The position numbers and the translations under genes were made by a program. A DNA stretch of 51,179 bases, counting the filler, from Streblomastix strix (taxonomy: Eukaryota): NCBI GenBank assembly GCA_008636045.1. It is 3 parts of 3 records of this genome, joined end to end, with 100 filler letters (N's around TTAATTAATTAA, not from the genome) between each part and the next. Parts side by side here need not be neighbours in the genome. Positions count along the whole stretch, not along the records: positions 17,100 to 34,094 come from SNRW01000740.1; positions 34,195 to 51,179 come from SNRW01000741.1; 1 more part is not named here. One strand, given 5' to 3'. Under the pieces are notes generated by a model that saw only the letters and a program-made list of their open reading frames with translations, searched no databases and had not been told where the DNA came from. Numbering within the stretch: the stretch's first letter is position 1; each line of letters starts with the position of its first letter. This document shows positions 25,736 through 38,557 of this stretch, piece by piece.

Positions 25736-27982
25736 GTTATTATATTATTATTTATTGTTGTGATTATTTTTAAATTAATATGGATTCATTTTTATATATT
25801 TATGAGATGATAGATTATTAAGAGGTTGAACTTAGTAGTGAACATAGAACAAGAGATATGTTAGTTGAATCAGATTATGAAGAAGAAGATTATGAAGTGG
25901 AATCGGATGTCTATAATTACATATTCAGATTCTTACCTTGTTTGATATGATCATTTTATTTCATTTTTTCATTTTCTTTTTATTTTTATTTTTGCTTCTC
26001 TTTTTCTTTCTTCATTTCTTATGTATAACTCACTCTCTCTAATTTCTCAATTATTTCTCCTTCCTTCCACAATTCATTCACAAAATAGACATTCTTCATT
26101 AAAGTGGAGCAAAGTTATATCAATGTTTGTTAGAATCTAGATTCAATCGTGTTTTGTTACTGTTCTTGTTAATTTGCTGATTATACTTATAATTCAGTAT
26201 TTACATTTTCTTCATTAGATCCCATCTTCAACACTTAACTTTAATCGCTGTTATCATTCTGCAACTTCTATGACTTGCACATCCTCTCGCATGTTTCAAT
26301 AAGCAATCTCATAATCCTTTTAAGTTAATTGAAATCAAGCTTGCATTTATCAATATCATCAAATTATGCGACATTTCCAATGATCTAAATTATAGTTTCA
26401 ATCTCCTTAATTTCATTGACTAACCTTCTGTCAAGCAATTTGGATATCAGATCAGGAATAACACCACTGTCTATCAATATTGGAGGGCAAGTCATTTTAG
26501 TGGACATCCTTTCAATCCCAGATAGTGCAATTTAATCTTATTCTGAGAACATGTTGTTATCGTGTCTCGCAATGGTCGCAAGAGCTTTTCCAGCTTCAGT
26601 TAGCAATAATTGGCTTGGATCTTCAACTTTATCAATGATTGACAGAGCTGCTTTCAACTTTATATCAACTGGGAATCCTTGTAGCAAAGCTGTCAAAGGG
26701 AAATGAGGCATTGATACTTTCTATGCAATAAACTTATTACAGAAATAAACACAGATGAATCCACAAATACCAACAACAACTGCAATAACTGAAATCAGGT
26801 CTGTGGAATCTGGGAATGATGTTATTAATAGAGAGAAGATGCAGTTTGAGAATCCAACGAAGAAGAATGCACTTTATAGGTTGTTTACTCTTAGACCGAA
26901 ACCTAAGCAGGGTTGCAGATAAATTTGTGCGATGAATAAAGATCCAAAGATGACAATGTTTGCAGCAAGAACGACTGTTGGAATGCGGATAACTTCTTAT
27001 ACAAATAGCAAGAGAAACTGGAAGGGAAGTATAATGAATAAATATATTAATAAAATAAATTAATTAAAAGTTTAATAAATTAAATAGATTTAATAAATAA
27101 TATAAAGCTAACCTTAATTTCAAAGTAAACAACTTAGAATTTTGGGTGAAACCGCATAACAGGTTCCGATTGATTCACCTCAAATGCAATGAATCGCATC
27201 GTAGTTGGATGATATAGCAATATGCGAATATAAGCCAATATGAACAATATGATGAATCCAGCGCTTGTACAGCTGTATGTGTGATATTGTGCCATGGGTT
27301 GAAATGGTTTGAAAGAGGCTGCTTATCTGAAATATGAGCATGAATACTCACAGACCATCATTTGAAGGAAGGTCTGTGTTGCTGGTATATATAATGTGGA
27401 CAAGAAAAGCTCTGTTAAGAAGTTATTCAATGATTTCGATACTGCAGAATGAGAAGTTGGAGCTTTAATTCGATCATCTCTGATGCGGATGATGTTGGTA
27501 ACAAAAGTAACCAGGTAGAAGAAGACAAAGAGAAATATAGGAACCCAGCTTGTGAATCGGAGTGTGATGTATTAAAGTATCTATAAAACACGTGCGATGA
27601 ACACTCCAAAATAAGATGTGTATTCTGATATATCTATATCATCGAAGAAAGATAACTCAAAAATTGGGATGCTGATCAGCTGGATGTAATCATAGATTAG
27701 AAGAATGTATTCAATGATACGTTCTGTATCAACTTTCTTTTCTTAAGCTTCCCGTGCGAGTGAATCCGAGTCTTCGTCGCGCGTGCTTGGCAACTATTGG
27801 AAATAGTATACCGTGACTGCTATTGAGAATATAAGAAGAAGCGCCCTATTTAAAAATTAATAGATAAGTATAAATACGATCAAATAAATGGCATACAGTA
27901 GCGCGTTATAGATTATCGTAGGAGTTATGAAGTACTCTTTAAAGGCAAATTCGCTCTCGGCGAAGCACACATCTTCAAGCAT
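25736..27982 (-). CDS. Mirror copy of the multi-TM gene (partial)
   Basis: Reverse complement of 23212-25458. Confidence 0.6.
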
Positions 27983-28286
27983 TTCTCTATAGAAAAATAT
28001 AAAATAACTAACATTATAAAATAAAAATATGGTTATTAAAAAAAGTACTTAGTTTTGTGTAATGAAATTTTGATTCAAAAATACGGAGCCTTTTTTCGAA
28101 TGCATAATAAGTTAAACCCAATAATTGTATAATTACTGGAGAATAAATGAAAAATTTAGTATGTTAATAAACTCACGTTAGTTAGGATAATGCAATTCAA
28201 AGTGCAAAACTGTTTTTATTTTAAACTCAAAATATTAATTTAATGCGCAAAATTCAAAACTTAAAAGCTTTTTCTTATATATTTTT

Positions 28287-30234
28287 TTGGGGATGCCGAC
28301 CCAACCACCCAGAGCCCGACCTATCAACCCAACCAAGAAAAAACGACCCAAAATGAAAAAATTAAAAAAAAAAAAAAAAAATTCTGCAACGAATGATTAT
28401 CAAATTCTTTTTTTTATAAATTTAAAGATTTTGTAATTTTTTTATTATATTAAATTTATTCTAAAATACTTAATCAAAGTCATTTTTTTAAAAAGTTACA
28501 AAAAATTTAAATTTTATTTAAAAACTCATTTATAGTTTCATAAGTCGAAATGAATTAATAATAATAAAATGTTACTTTAATGGTTCACACTTTATTTTAT
28601 ATAGTCCAATGAATTTTACTTCAACAAATTATAATTGTCTTAGTTTGAATTAGCAACATGTGTAGAAACAATTGTTCCTATATCTATTCTTCGTTTATGG
28701 CAGCTCCCGATTCTGCGCAACGACGCAAACACTCGGTCACAAGCAGCTTCGGACGCAGAATTCCCCAAAATACGCAGCGCAAATCGCCCATTCTTGGATA
28801 TATAAAATCATATGACTGTAGAAATTTAAAATAGTCGATCTCTCCTTTGTGATTTAGAAACGTTTAAAAAGGTATTTCATTTGGCGAGAGCCAACTGTTT
28901 AAGAAATCGTATAGAGGCTAATTTGGAGGAAAGGATTCGTGTGAAAATAATGAAGATGTGGAAGATGATGACGAAGAGGAGGAAAAAATGATTATAATAA
29001 GTGTAATGAAATAGATGAAAATGACTAGTTTTGATTCTATTCCAAAAAGCTTGTTTGAAACATTGCATGTGTTGTCTGTCCATTTAGTTAAAGAAGTTGA
29101 TTCTATGATTAAATTTACTTTTATTTGTGTTATTGAATTAAATTGATATTTTCGTTAGTTTATTAGTCATATATATCAAATTTTTGGAGAATTTTTATGT
29201 TTTAAAGATCAAGGAATTCAATTGATTATTATGAATTGATTGAAGAGTTTGAATTTGTACTTGGTTAAATAATTGAATTGGAAGAGGAAAGAAAAGTTGA
29301 ACGAGAACAGTTAGTTGTTTACAATGATGAAGAGTGACTCTGTTGCTCGATTGAATGTTAGCTTTATTCTTATTTTTTCTCTTAGTTCTTTTAAGGAATA
29401 ATATCATAGTTTAATATAGTTTCAGTTTCAATTTTTAGATTAAAATAACAATATTTAAATGATTATAGTGATTATTAAATTTGTTTTCTGTTTTATTGTT
29501 ATAAATATTTTTGAAAATAGTAATTTTGATCTTAATTTATTTAGTTATTATTATTAAAAGGGACATGGAATTAAGACGCTGTAGGATTGTTGAAATATAT
29601 TTAATTAAAATATTATTCAAAGAATTATAATTTGTAATGTATGGTTTACCCAAATCGATATCTTCAGTGAAAGCTCTAGAAATTACGTGAGCCGTGCAGG
29701 ACGCTCCAAATGGAATTGGATTTTCAATAATTACTTTCCAAATATTGTTAAAATACTTATTATTGCATTATTCAAATTAATGAATAAGTGCATCCGTTGT
29801 GATTGAAATGATACGAATATCTATTTAGTGCGATAAGGTAAATAGATCTCTACCGAACTACAAAAAATTCTCCCTAGTCTCAGAACCTTTGAATCAGGCA
29901 AGTGGCATTGGGTTTGAGTTATTGAACGGTAGATATCCAACAATTGCTGTTACTTTCTATCCGGGAATTTTTTGCTGAATCAACGGATGTTGCAATAAAT
30001 TAACCTTTCATTCATAAAAGTTGGCTTGATATGAATACTTAACCCATACTGTTCATTTCATCAGAAACTTTTTAATTGCTTCTTCTAGGAAAATGCGCAT
30101 CAATAGGAACATCAGGTTTAGCTCTAGCTACATCCATCATAAAATAAAGGAAATCGAAGAATAGATCAGAATTCTTAGCCCTAAATGCAAGAGGTGCTGA
30201 ACAAAGGAAAACAAAGAATAGCATAAATAAATCC
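28287..30234 (-). mobile_element. Mirror copy of the hAT relic
   Basis: Reverse complement of 20960-22907. Confidence 0.75.
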
Positions 30235-32293
30235 TACACAATAAATTGTTGCATAAAAAAATCTTTTTTAAATTATAATTAACATAATTTTGTTGATTCC
30301 ACAACTATATTTTCATTTCAAATTAATTATTAATTCATCTAACAATATTAATTTTTATAAATTATTTTTAATTAAATATTTTTGTTGTTAAAATTCGTCA
30401 ATTTCTTCCATCATACCCAATTTTCATGCAACGAATCCGGCAAAATATTAAAAAATGAATATAAAATAATTGATTTGCCTTTTTGATTGTGAAAGCCAAT
30501 TAGTGTTGATAAATAGAAAATTTATATTTTTGTAGTCAATTAAGATATATTATTTCTATTATATGAGATTAGTTTTGTTTAACTAGGAAATTTAAGATTT
30601 TTTTTTAAAAAAAAGAAAATACATTTAATTCAAAAAAGGAAAATTAATTAAATAGTTATTATGTATTAATTTTGATTATATTTGAATTATTCTTCAGAGT
30701 AGTATGAAAATATTTGAATTTGTTGTGAATTCCAATAGAAATTTGTAAATTTGACGAGTCCAACACAATTTTTCCCAATGACGGTTCCGACGCTCCAATT
30801 AAATTTTGACGGTAATATCAAATGATTAATTTCTTGCCAGCAATTAAATGTTATTTTTGTAACAAATTTAAAATAAAATTATATTAATGAAATTTAAATT
30901 TAAATATGATACAATAATAAAGTCTTACTCCTTAGATTTGTTTGAAGCAGAAGTGAAATAAAGGATTAATTAATTATTCTTTTGAGATCAATATCATTTA
31001 ATGTTAAAAATAATTATTTACTGATAATTTTCACTTTTAAGCATATATTAGTAGTATAGTGCTGGTAATCATGCGATCATAACAGTTAAATTCATTGGCT
31101 AACTTATACATTAAGGCCTCAAAAACGTATTAAAAACAGATGAAAATAAGTGATTACTGATTAATTTCACCTACGTTTTTATTACTTCGCGGGAATATAT
31201 TATTATTTTAAAATTATATTATAGATTGTTTTACTCATAATTTTACCTATTTTTAGCATAAATTATGTGCGACACGTTGTTTTATGGGAGAAATATTTAA
31301 ATATTGTCACTCCAAGCTGAGATACAAAGCAATGTAGGGACATAGATGAAATTAATCAACTATTAATTATTTTCCTTTGTTTAACACGTGTTTGAGTCCT
31401 TAATGGATAAGTAAGCATATTAATTTAACTATTTTGAACACGGGATTCCCAGCACTATACTACATTTCTCCAGATAAAACAACTTTCCTGAGTTAGCTTG
31501 ATAATTAATCCATCAACTAATCTTTCAAAATTTTTGAAAAATAAAACGTTGGTGCAACTTACCTTTTGAACAAACTGAAATTAGAGCGATAAATCGCCTT
31601 CCAATCAACCTTTCAAAATATTTTAGAATTTATTTAGTTGGTGCAACTTACCTTCTATCAAACAGAAATTGGCGTTATAATTAATTACAAGGAGATGGTA
31701 GTGAAATTAACCACCTCATCTATTGTTAGCCAGATAATTTAACTTCAACATATCTATATAAATAATATAATTTTTTATTACCATAAATGGTTTTATCAAA
31801 TATTTAGCTATTAAATTTACTTCATATCGTATCTCCACATTTGAAATGTAGTAGAACGTATTAATAATTGAATAAACAATTAAAAAAGGGTCATTGATAA
31901 AATTAATTTTCCATCAAAAAGTTCAAGAAATAATTATGAAGTTTTAACAAAATTTTTGACTTATCTTGACTCTAGATTAGATAACTAATTTTATCAACGT
32001 TAGCCAATAACTTCAACTGTAAACTTTGCAGCAATAAATTAATAATTTGAGCAAAAAATATAGTATATATATTTCAATTATAATTATAAGAAATTAATTT
32101 ATTAATTGAATCAACATTTTAACATAAGCTATTAAAGTTATTTAATGAAGTGATACTATTATTAGCTCATTCTACAGATCTTGATGAATTTACTAAAAAA
32201 TTATTAGGCATAATGTCTAATTTCTCAGTTTGGATCCATGTTGAACGAATCCTTATAACTATTGCTCAGTATAATAACAAAGTAACAAGCGTT

Positions 32294-34094
32294 TTAGATA
32301 AATATATGATTTCATTGGTTAAATTCACTCTACAATGAAAAGAAAAACTTATAAATTAGCTATTGACTATGGGTTCAAATACAAATGGAGAGATAGAGAT
32401 AGAAATATTGATGAATGGATTTCTTGTGATTATATTATCTCTAGATAATCAATGATCGAAAGAAGTGCCCAATATTAATACGTAATTACTAAGATATTTA
32501 ATTATAAAAAAAATAATATTGAATCATTAATTATAAATATTTAAGAACTTACATAAACTGATAAAAATGAGAAATATTTAGCAATATATTCAGTGTGCGC
32601 AATAACTTACCTATTTCCTATCAGCAGTAAAGAAATTCTAAGTATCAAGTTAAATTTATCTAAGAAGCGCTAATGCCTCAGATATGTAAATTCATCTTAA
32701 TCCAATACTTGTGTACTGGAGGCAATTGCGAGATATTAACTGAAAGATAGTAAAGAGAAAAGATACAGTGATAAATGGGTATTTACAAAGATGAAAGAAA
32801 TAGATACTTTATTATATGAAGATTTTAACCCAAAAAAAAATTGAGGGATTTAATTATGCAACAGATATATAATTAATCCATTAACACCTTAATTTATCAG
32901 TTAACTTTTTTTCATACGAATAGGATGATAGTTCTTTTCGCAATTATTTGTCCTAATCTTTTATGATAGACTTAACAGAAAAAATTAATTTTTTTACTTA
33001 CCTAGACTGAAGAATTATACGGTATAAATATCCACACATTATTGGTTACGGATAAATAGAGGTTATCAGGACTATTATTTTGCCAAATATGCTAAAATCA
33101 TTGTTTCTAAGTGGATTTGCGCACTAAAAAGAACATTGTAAAACGTATAGATAAGTGTCGGATAAATAAAGGTTATATTAAAACTAAATTAAGTTGGATA
33201 ACATTCAACTTCCATTCGTTCCTCATATTATGTAAAATAAAACTCATCATATTCTACTCGAACATAATAGAACCAGTGAATTTAAACCAACTCAATATTT
33301 TTTTACTTATGATTTTGTAACATACGAATAAAAAATAAATGCTAATTTTAATAAAGAAAGTATATTATTATCAAAATTAATCCCTTTATCAGTAGCGCGC
33401 ACAATTTATTCATATAAAAGATTTAAATCAATACATTTCGTTATTTGAACCCTTAATTCCGTTAAATTATTGCTAGATAAGATATGCAATGAAGCGAAAT
33501 TATTTAATCAAGATAATAATTATGAAGAAAAAAATATTCTTTATTCATTCGAAGTTCTCATTCATGGATATAATACAACTAAATTTGTCGTGTCCATATT
33601 ATTTCCATATTTTTTTTAAGCTAATGGAAAATAACTAGCTATTTAGGTACTTCTTAATTCTGTAAATAGTTAATTATATCACATAATAATTTATCAGTTA
33701 AACTTAAATTTTTAGACTCATTCTTATATGTTGCACCACCAATGACCTTAAATTAATTTATACTTAATTTATCAAACTAACAGTAAAGTAAGGGTCTCTT
33801 TCCATACGATTTGATGGGAGATGATTATGAAAAATAGTTATATTATTCTGCCCCCTTTAGTTAATCTGATTTCAGTAATACATTGAAAAATAATTCAATA
33901 ACTGATGAAGAATAGTAATAGTACCTATAAGATTATGAATAAATTAACAATAGATGGGATTATTTAAACCATTACAATATTCTAGATACTTCATTAATGA
34001 CTGAACCAATAAAGAATTTAAATAATATTTTCTTTGAATATAAGGTCAATATGTTTTAATTTATCTCGATGGCAAGTTGTGCTAAACCAGTGAA
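32294..34094 (+). pseudogene. Mirror copy of the protein-primed PolB relic
   Basis: Reverse complement of 17100-18900, with the same YDF, KGLFPY and HYNILD motifs. Confidence 0.8.
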
Positions 34095-34194
34095 NNNNNN
34101 NNNNNNNNNNNNNNNNNNNNNNNNNNNNNNNNNNNNNNTTAATTAATTAANNNNNNNNNNNNNNNNNNNNNNNNNNNNNNNNNNNNNNNNNNNN
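34095..34194. other. Artificial contig linker
   Basis: N-run, TTAATTAATTAA, N-run; 100 nt. Confidence 0.97.
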
Positions 34195-35171
34195 CATATT
34201 TTTCTGGATGGAATAGGACTTCAAGTTCAGCATCTTCAATTCATTTTTCAGCTCCTTTGATTCGGTCAGTGTTGTCAAGAAGTCGTTTATCCTCTTAAAG
34301 CAGAGATGCAAACATTTTTCTGTTTTGACCCACTCTTTTCTACAAGTTTTGATTACCATATTATTAAGTCGCGTTCAACATCAAAACTTTTGCAGATCCT
34401 AAAAAAATAAAAATTAAAAAATAAATTAGTAATATAATGCGAAAACAAGAGTTTATTTATAAAATAATTTTCTGTTCGTAATTACGAGATATACATAATG
34501 TAATTTATTATATTAGCATGAAAAATTATTTTGAAAAATTATATTTAGTAGAGCCAAAATAAAAATTTAGGAGAAGATGAAACGATTGGGCAATAAATGA
34601 TGAATTATTTATTTGACGAGTTTTTATTGTGAGTTCTATTCAACTAGTCTTCTAATAACAATTTTGATATTTTTATAATTAATTTTACAATTATAAATGA
34701 ATTTATTTAAGATTTTTGCATTCAAAATAATGAAACTGTTTTTTCAATGTAAAGTTGAAGGTCGTTTTTTCACTCTGTTATGATATTTCGCTTTCAATGT
34801 TAGCAAGTTATAAAGATACAGTCACTTTATTAATATAAATTTAACTAATAATATCTTGGTTGCCTAATCAAAAGTCCACAATTAAATCAAAATGAAATTT
34901 GATTAGTTTCTTTGTATTCATTCATTTATTTTTGATTTAATATTAAATTTTTATTTTACTACATGATTATCTTACTTTTTTGACTAAAATACAATATAAT
35001 TTTAACGATTGTTTACTCATACATCTAATTTTTCTATATAATTTCCAAATCTTAATCAAAACCCTAGTTATTTATCTTATTTTCATTATTTCATTATCTT
35101 GTTTATCATTTTCTTATTTATTTAACATTATTGAATTAGATAAAATTGTAATATAACACATTAATTTTGAA

Positions 35172-35973
35172 ATGGGTAATATAATTGAAGGTATTTTATT
35201 TATATCATTTTTTACTGCATTAAATTAATTTTTATATATCATCTCCAAATTAATAAGAAACTCAATTAAGTTTAAAAATCAAACAAGCAGCAGATGATAT
35301 TATATCATTTGCATCCTCATATGAACTTGATAAATACTCAAATAAATAAAAGAAATAATAATCGAAATCTTCCTCTTCTCCGTCATAAGTTGCTGATTCA
35401 CTTGATTTCCTTTGGAACCAAATCTTAAATAATAATAAATATAATGAAGTGATTATGATACCAAACCTCCTTCGTTCTCTTATCAAACTCTCAATTTACA
35501 AAATTGGTGTTCACTTCAGTAAAGAACAAGATCAGGAAAGTTTTGCAGTTAGAAGTAGCAGCAGAATATGTCTTAGTAAAATTCAGTTAAATGGTAATAA
35601 ATAAGTGTAAGCTAAACTTGTAAATGTTAGATATGCAAGAGTGATGATAATTGCAATTAGTGCAACAGGTGGAATTGGCGAACAACAAGATGATGAGATT
35701 AAATATTAATTGAAAAATATCTACTAATTTTTCTATTGTCTTCATCTTGGGAGAAATGATCAATATCCATTACCAACCTTCTCACCTCTTCCTTTACTTG
35801 CTAAAACATGCTTAGACCGAAATGAAGAAGAAGGAGGAAATGAAGAAGTTGATGCATAATTAAGTAATAGTGGAAAAGGTGGAAATATTAAGCTAAGAGC
35901 AAATTAAGCAAATGGATTAATATTGAATTTCTATATTGATAGGAAAAACACAAGACCAAGATGGTATCATTGA
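35172..35973 (+). CDS. Expanded-family hypothetical helical protein
   Basis: MGNIIE, intron 35191-35257, then TQLSLKIKQAADDIISFA...ISATGGIGEQQD...EEEGGNEEVDAQL...NTRPRWYH-TGA. Confidence 0.75.
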
Positions 35974-36105
35974 GTTTTATCGGATTTTCTTTTGTGAACT
36001 AAATATTCATTTCATATTTATTAGTACAATTTTAACTTTTATTTACTAAATTTTATTGTAAAAATAATATTATTCTTGCTCAATATTATATTTGATCATT
36101 CTTAG

Positions 36106-36510
36106 TCATGCAATTTTAAATAAATAAATAAATGTTATTGAAAATAAGAGTAATATTGATAAATCTGAGATTGATACATTGATTGAGGTTAAAGGTGAAG
36201 ATGAATATACATTATAGCAAAGAGAAAGACGTTAGAATGAAAAGGACTTCATTTTGGGTGAGATGCGATATGTTTCATCGCTTCGTTAATACTTGGGGTA
36301 TTAAAATTGATTATTTTATATTTAAAAACTAGTATGATTTTATTTTTATTATTTTTTACTTAATTTATATTTATATTAAGATTCCTTCATATGATTCATA
36401 AGCCATTCCCTGCATCGCTTATCCGATTGATTCCTGAACACCCTCTTATGAAAAGAGTATGGATCACATACGAAAACACACCGCCATACCCTCCCGAGGC
36501 GATGTATTGA
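36106..36510 (+). CDS. 3' fragment of a hypothetical gene
   Basis: ...NEKDFILGEMRYVSSLRQYLG, intron ~36298-36380, FLHMIHKPFPASLIRLIPEHPLMKRVWITYENTPPYPPEAMY-TGA. No clear start. Confidence 0.45.
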
Positions 36511-37110
36511 TATAGTTAAATAAGTTTTATAAGTTGATTTTAATAAATTGTATAATATAGTTGTCTTTTCTCGATAGAATTCCAATATTTTTTTATTTTG
36601 TGTTATTATCTTGAATAATATTATAATTATTTTAAATTCAATAAGTTTAATATTTTTTAAAGAATAATATTCATTAAACTCTTGTTAATGCCGTGAAATC
36701 GATCAATCTACAAAATAATGCAAAATTTCCACTATATTATTGATAGTTTTTTGTTTATAATATATTTTATTTCTTTTATACATTATTTAAATTGGAATTT
36801 AACCATTAAATCAATATCTAATAAACACATTCATACAAAAAAGTAATAATACTTTTTTATTTAATAAACTCAATTTTTCTCGATTGTTAATGTTTCAATT
36901 TTCATATATATTTGTTTATATTTTTAATTATTTTATCAGCAAAATTTTTTAAATATTTATTATTTATTATTTATTTTCTAACTGCCTATGATAATACGTT
37001 TTATTTTAAAAAATTTAGCATTTTTTATGTTTTATTATATTTACAAATATAAATTTTTTGTTAGTATTATTAAATTAGAGAAACTTGCAATTTCACACAT
37101 TAATATTGAA

Positions 37111-37903
37111 ATGATAAATATTATTGACGGTATTTTATTTATATCATTTTTTACTGCATTAAATTAATTATTTTATTTCAACTCCAAATTAATAAGAAAA
37201 TCAATTAAGTTTAAGAATCAAACAAGTAGCAGATGATATCATATCATTTGCATCCTCATATGAACTTCATAAATACTCAAATAAATAAAAGAAATAATAA
37301 TCGAAATCTTCCTCTTCTCCGTCATAAGTTGCTGATTCACTTGATTTCCTTTGGAACCAAATCTTAAATAATAAATGTAAATAAATAATCTAAATTCCTT
37401 ACTTCCTACATTCGCTCACTTTGCTTACTAATTATAAACAAAACATACCCATCAACAATGAATAAGATTAATAATCAAAACAAATTAGAAATAGAAGCAT
37501 ATTATGTCTTAATTAGATTAGATAGAGAGGTGATGAATAAAATTAATCTGAACTAATTAATGTTGGATATGGAAGAGCACTAATCATACATATTAGTACT
37601 GCAGGTGGGACAGAAATGTAAGGATATTTTGAGATCTAATGTGGATTAAATGACATCTACTATTTCCTCAGAGATTTTCATTATGGGAGAAATTTTTATT
37701 CATCTTTCCCACTTCTTCCTATACTTGCTAAAACCTGCTTAGAATAAATAGAAGAAGAAGGAGGAAATGAAGAAGTTGAAACTTAAATTAATAATACAAG
37801 ATACGGTTATTAAAATACCAAGTATGAAGCAAACAGAGCCAAAGCAGAGATTCTTAACTACTATATAGACCGGAGCAATACAAGACCAAGGTGGTATTAA
37901 TGA
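37111..37903 (+). CDS. Expanded-family hypothetical helical protein (tandem paralog)
   Basis: MINIID, intron 37130-37196, ...ISTAGGTE...FHYGRN...IEEEGGNEEVETQI...NTRPRWYQ-TGA. Confidence 0.75.
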
Positions 37904-38557
37904 GTCATATTTATTTTATTCTTGTTTAATAATACAATAAAATCTCTTTAAAATATTTTATACTATATTTATTCTTATAATAAGAATATAATTGTAATGA
38001 TCCAATGAATATAAGAGATTGAATCTTTAAGTCAACATTTGTTTATTCATCCGATTGCTAAACTATGTTATTAAATTATTATTCTTTAATCATGCTCTTT
38101 GAAAATTAATAAAATTTTGCACATTAATTATTATAGTTTAAGTCTTTTAGTTTATTAAATATTTTTATATATAGGCAAACTATTAATTAAATTATGTTAT
38201 AATACAAAAATTAATAGCAAATTTTAAATAAAATAAATAGTTTCAAAATCATTGCGAAATGTTGAATGGAACATAAGTAGTTCAAGAAAATTTTATGTTA
38301 AAAATGACTAAAGACTGTTTGTTTAAAAAAGTGTAGTGACAAATAATATTAAAATAAGGTTCAATATCTTAAATTAACAGTAATAATGAAAATAAAATAA
38401 TAAAATAATAAAACATAGGAAAGAATGGGAATTATACTAGTAAAAAATATGTATCATTTAGTATTTTCAAACCTAATAGTCTCTAAATGTTAAATAAAAT
38501 AACTTGTTTGAAGCATTGCTGCCTCTTGTTGAGTTAATTGATGATTTTGATCATCGG

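Larger units (their letters stand above)
17100..34094. repeat. Contig-wide inverted duplication: arms 17100-25458 and 25736-34094, spacer 277 bp
   Basis: Position x mirrors 51194-x. The ORF track shows identical mirrored ORFs, and no mismatch was seen in the segments compared. Confidence 0.97.

Noticed and set aside
34147..34359. Track ORF running into Ns
   Set aside because: Likely an exon fragment cut by the contig end. Frame and identity cannot be determined.
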